A stretch of DNA of 64,000 bases from contig JBMNTP010000003.1 of NCBI GenBank assembly GCA_050945795.1, positions 9,231 to 73,230 on the forward strand. Direction: 5' to 3'. The stretch is from Christensenellales bacterium. GTDB lineage: Bacteria > Bacillota > Clostridia > Christensenellales > MGBC116941. Below are positions 60,469 to 64,000 of the stretch, piece by piece. The notes below the pieces were generated by a model. The model saw only the letters and a program-made list of their open reading frames with translations, was not told the origin of the DNA and made no database searches. Each line of letters opens with the position of its first letter. Within the stretch, counting starts at the first letter, position 1. The position numbers were made by a program, and so were the translations under genes.

Positions 60469-61476
60469 TTATAGATACTCGTCCACATTTTCGGAGGTTA
60501 CAAGAGTAAAGGGTACCATCATAACCTTTTCAACTTCTCTTCCGGCGATTATATCGGGTATAAGTGCTATCGCTTCTTCGATCTGCTTCGTGCCTTCCTC
60601 AAATACAGTGGCGCCGAGCGCGCCTTCCTTAACCATAGCCAAGGCGCCGGCCTCTCCGCCAACACCTATGCATACTATGTCGGAACGGTCTATAAAGTTG
60701 CAGTACGCCTGAACGTCCGATGCCATATCGTCGTTGTCGCATAAAATTGCTTTAAGATCATCACCGTATTCTGTTATGGCACCGGTGGCAAACTGCACAG
60801 CCCTGTCAGCCGCCCAGTCGGCAGGGAAGTCGCCAGCGCTTTCCCACTTTTCATCAGCGTCAAGTATGTTCTTTATGCCGTGGCCTATGTCGATTTGAGC
60901 CGAATCTCCGATAACACCCATTATATGAATGTATTTTCCGCCGTCCGGCACCTGCTCTTGCACATACTTGGCCATTATTTCGCCGGCCTCAACATTATAC
61001 GGGCCTACAAACGCCGCTGCGAATTGATCGGTGTTGTTCGTCTTGGAGTTAACAACTACAATCGGTATTCCAAGTTCAGCGCAGCGGGACACTACCGGAG
61101 CGCTGCCTTCGCCTTCCACAGGCAGGAACACCACAAAGTTCGCGCCGTTATTGATGGCGTCTTCTATGAGGTTTACCTGCGTTATGGGGTCGGTAAGCCC
61201 GTCATAAAGCTGCCAAGACGCTACTACGCCCTCCTCCTGCATCTCATCAAGCGCTGTTTTAGCGGCGTCGTTTAGAGTGACATGGAAAGCGTCAACGGTA
61301 TTATTAGCGAGATACGCCACGTTTATGTCGGTAGGCGTATCGGCTCCGCCTGTTGAGTCGGTGGGGATTATAGATTCGGGTAATGGGATGGCGCTTTGCT
61401 GAGGTGTTTTAGGCGAACAGGCGGCCATACCCAGAATCATTAGAAATACCATAATTATTGTTGCGATTTTCTTCAT
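60469..61476 (-). CDS. sugar ABC transporter substrate-binding lipoprotein (ribose/galactose PBP type I family)
   Basis: Lipoprotein signal MKKIATIIMVFLMILGMAAC, with a type-I periplasmic-binding-fold pattern thereafter. Confidence 0.8.
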   Translation of the reverse strand: MKKIATIIMVFLMILGMAACSPKTPQQSAIPLPESIIPTDSTGGADTPTDINVAYLANNTVDAFHVTLNDAAKTALDEMQEEGVVASWQLYDGLTDPITQVNLIEDAINNGANFVVFLPVEGEGSAPVVSRCAELGIPIVVVNSKTNNTDQFAAAFVGPYNVEAGEIMAKYVQEQVPDGGKYIHIMGVIGDSAQIDIGHGIKNILDADEKWESAGDFPADWAADRAVQFATGAITEYGDDLKAILCDNDDMASDVQAYCNFIDRSDIVCIGVGGEAGALAMVKEGALGATVFEEGTKQIEEAIALIPDIIAGREVEKVMMVPFTLVTSENVDEYL

Positions 61477-61561
61477 TTTTTATCCTCCAGTTATTTGTAT
61501 TTAATATGCCCGCTTAGGAGGCAAATTTAATCTCTTTTTTTGTTTATAAGCGTATCGAGCA

Positions 61562-61751
61562 TTATCGCACTAAAAATAGCGTTCGTTTCATAGCCACTCT
61601 TATATTAGCCTGCGCGGCGTTTACATGAGCCGTCATTATTATTCCCGCAATACCGATACAAAAACCGCTTATTATAAACGAAATAACCCTCTTAAAAAAC
61701 ATTTATGCCGGATGCCGTAGCGGCGTGTGCGCTTGAGAAATGGCAAACCGG
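61562..61751 (-). pseudogene. remnant of an RbsC/MglC-type sugar ABC permease (frameshifted and truncated)
   Basis: One minus-strand frame gives ...AHAATASGINVF*. A second frame, starting at 61702, gives MFFKRVISFIISGFCIGIAGIIMTAHVNAAQANI... and then ends. Together they resemble the permease block (AARxSGINV...K...Y.ISG..AGLAG....S...SAQ). No intact permease ORF is present. Confidence 0.4.
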
Positions 61752-62386
61752 TGATGGATTTAAGGGGTGCCGAGCGTCTTTTTACAGTCGTCATGCCGGC
61801 GATTCAATAGGAGCACATCGACATAGGTAATAATTATGCGATTTGACATTGTAGCGCAGTATTTTGCTTGGATAGACGAAAAATAGAATATAAGAAAAAA
61901 GTTAAGTAATTTACAAAAGGCCGGAAATACAGTTTTGTCGCTCAATATAACAAGTACCGCTGAGTGAGAATACCGCAAGCCTAGACAAAGCAATATCCCG
62001 AGCCTATGAAAGCTCGGGATATTGCTAAAGCGTATTGATTGTCAACCTTATAATAAGGAAGCTGCCATATTTAAGATTGGCGCAAGTTGTTCCAAGAGCG
62101 CCTATGGTATCGGCTTTGATATTGCATATATTTATGGTCTTAATTTATAAAAGCGCCAATACCACCTGTTTTCAAGTGATATTATAAGGAGAGTAGGTCG
62201 ACAAGTCAAATGGTATTTAAAGAGCCTAGCAAGTTAGCGTATAAAAGGAAAACTATGGTTTTTAAAAAACATGTGATTTTTTCAGAGGATTAAAAAAGAC
62301 CGGCATGCGGTTTTTCAAAAACCACATGTAGTAAATGTTTGGGCAAGCTAATATAAAAACAGAAGTGTCGACACGAGAAAGAGATG

Positions 62387-62797
62387 CTATCTAATATAAA
62401 GATTAGGGTGACTTTTTGAGGCGATTTTTAAAAAGCCGTCGGAGCGGCATATCATCCTAAGCAATGGATACGGATACTGTATTTTCTTTTTGTCTATACC
62501 ATAATTTGAGGGGCGATATAGCAGCCAGACATATTCGCCGTGCTTAATAAGTACCTCCAACACATGCTCCCATATGCCGCCTTCACGCCAGCGGCAGAAG
62601 CGGCGGTGGGTGTTAGCCCAATTGCCGTAGTGTTCCGGCAGTTTACGCCACGGCGTTTCTGTATACATTATCCATAAAACAGCATCTATAAACTTGCGAT
62701 TATCATGCGCGATACCGCCCCAACAGCCTTCGCGGCCGGGCAGCCTAGGTTCAAGCTCAGTCCAAATATGATCGGGCATATCTATAAAAACATACAT
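62387..62797 (-). mobile_element. IS5-family transposase N-terminal (DUF4096-type) fragment; IS remnant
   Basis: The first ~90 aa (W..LEPRLP....G....HDNRKFIDAVLWIMYTETPWRKLPEHYGNWANTHRRFCRWREGGIWEHVLEVL) match the OrfA/N-terminal domain of IS5/IS427-group transposases. No DDE catalytic domain or terminal inverted repeats could be found nearby. Confidence 0.6.
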
Positions 62798-63223
62798 GTA
62801 CAGGCTGCCTCGCTTTCCCTTTTCTGCAGTTTATTATACCATATCTCGTGACTACATGCATATGTTAAGTTATATTAATACTATTCATTGGGAAAAGTGA
62901 GAAAATCCTTTTATATAGGCGTTTAGAGTGAATTTTTTACAAAACAGTGGTAAAGATTCAGCGAGAATATTTATATTTTTGAGATTGACAAAAATAAACC
63001 TCATTGCTACGATGATTGAAGTTATTACAGAACACGATACATGTAGTTTTATTTATACCATAGTTAAGCAGTTTAACCGGGTTGCCTAAGCACCGGATGC
63101 CGAATGGCTTATATATAAAGCATGAGTGCCAATTGTTTCACCAAGACATTTATAGAATAAATATAACGAACTATTTATTTTTGAGATTTACAATAACTCT
63201 TGAAGATTGGGTGTGATTATGGC

Positions 63224-64000
63224 TTGAGCAGAAAAGCAGTGTTAGAGGTAAAGGGTATAAGCAAGTACTTTCCCGGCGTTCAGGCGCTTGGAGGAGTGGA
63301 TTTGGATATATATCCGGGCGAGGTGCACGCTGTAGTAGGCGAAAACGGCGCCGGAAAATCCACTTTGATGAAAGTGCTTACAGGTGCGTATCATCGAGAT
63401 GAAGGCGAGTATTTCTTTGAAGGGGAACCGGTTAACTTCACAAGTATTCATCAATCCATAGAAATGGGTATCAGCTGCATTTATCAGGAGCTAACGATTG
63501 TTCCTTTGATTGATGTTGCTAAAAACCTGTATCTTGGCAATCTCCCGCGTACTTCCAAAATGAAAATTGACTATAAGAAGCTGCACAAGGACGCGCAGCA
63601 GGTACTTGAAATGCTTGAACTTAATATTTCAAGCAGAACAATAGCCAAGGACCTTTCGGTTGCTCAGCATCAGATGCTGGAAATCGGGCGGGCTGTTTCA
63701 AGAAACGCCAAGGTAATTATAATGGACGAGCCGACCTCCTCTCTTACAGAAAAGGAAACGCAGGTTCTCTTCGGCGTTATCCGTAAGCTTAAAGAAAAAG
63801 GCATAGCCATATTCTACATTTCTCATAAGCTGGAGGAAATCAAAGAAATATCAGATCGTATATCTGTGTTTAGAGATGGACAAAAGGTTACGACCTTTGA
63901 CAACACCGATGAAGTCGATGGCGAAATGATTATTGGCCATATGATAGGCCGCAAGATAGAAAACTACTTCAATAAGCAGGAATGCCCGATAGGCGATGTA
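63224..64000 (+). CDS. sugar ABC transporter ATP-binding protein (RbsA/MglA-type), 3'-truncated by the window edge
   Basis: Not in the ORF track because the frame runs off the window. LEVKGISKYFPGVQALGGVDLDIYPGEVHAVVGENGAGKSTLMKVLTG (Walker A), LSVAQHQMLEIGRAV and IIMDEPTSSL (Walker B). Start is uncertain: TTG at 63200 or 63224, or GTG at 63239. Confidence 0.85.
   Translation, partial: MSRKAVLEVKGISKYFPGVQALGGVDLDIYPGEVHAVVGENGAGKSTLMKVLTGAYHRDEGEYFFEGEPVNFTSIHQSIEMGISCIYQELTIVPLIDVAKNLYLGNLPRTSKMKIDYKKLHKDAQQVLEMLELNISSRTIAKDLSVAQHQMLEIGRAVSRNAKVIIMDEPTSSLTEKETQVLFGVIRKLKEKGIAIFYISHKLEEIKEISDRISVFRDGQKVTTFDNTDEVDGEMIIGHMIGRKIENYFNKQECPIGDV

Noticed and set aside
62041-62386. Possible DDE-domain remains of the IS5 transposase downstream of the N-terminal fragment
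   Set aside because: Translating the minus strand by eye gave only short stop-interrupted stretches, and only one had even a vague resemblance to IS5 C-termini (...ANLKYGSFLIIRL...). This is too weak to annotate.
63242-63454. 70-aa minus-strand ORF at the right end
   Set aside because: It is antisense to the clearly recognisable RbsA/MglA-type ATPase frame, whose Walker A motif is encoded on the + strand in the same interval.

Overview
This window reads as a Firmicutes/Clostridia-type chromosome and is almost entirely conserved housekeeping DNA. From about 0.2 to 44.8 kb every protein gene is on the + strand, in the classic order perM-ireB-ruvX / rpsB-tsf-pyrH-frr-uppS-cdsA-dxr-rseP-ispG-polC / rimP-nusA-ylxR-ylxQ-infB-rbfA-nrnA-truB-ribF / rpsO-pnp-M16 peptidase-dUTPase-ftsK-rimO-pgsA-cinA-recA-rny / two dehydrogenases / purB / ctsR-mcsA-mcsB-clpC. 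The only minus-strand gene in that block is a solitary tRNA-Trp.

The last ~19 kb is mixed-strand and more accessory:
- a sugar-phosphate isomerase-like gene, an exported hypothetical and pgi
- thiT behind a TPP riboswitch
- a YfbR-type nucleotidase
- an argC-argB-argD-argF-GNAT operon with an ARG box
- a HlyD/ABC/FtsX (MacAB-like) efflux module
- an archaeal-type proS
- an NlpC/P60 cell-wall hydrolase
- a decayed sugar-ABC locus with an IS5-family transposase remnant

Regulatory elements that can be read directly include a perfect CtsR operator, an ARG box over the argC promoter, a TPP aptamer with terminator, a terminator inside the rimP-nusA-infB leader, several near-consensus sigma-A promoters and many intrinsic terminators. 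There are no CRISPR arrays, rRNA genes, intact mobile elements or recognisable defence or toxin modules.

I found no convincing novel multi-gene system here. The most unusual observations are:
1. a long, highly regular Q/G/Y/R-rich tandem repeat inside the N-terminal region of IF-2
2. an arg operon with no argJ but a translationally coupled small GNAT
3. the obligatory leader terminator ahead of rimP-nusA-infB
4. the IS-scarred sugar-transport region at 61.5-63.2 kb

All family assignments come from motif and synteny recognition by eye; no searches were run.
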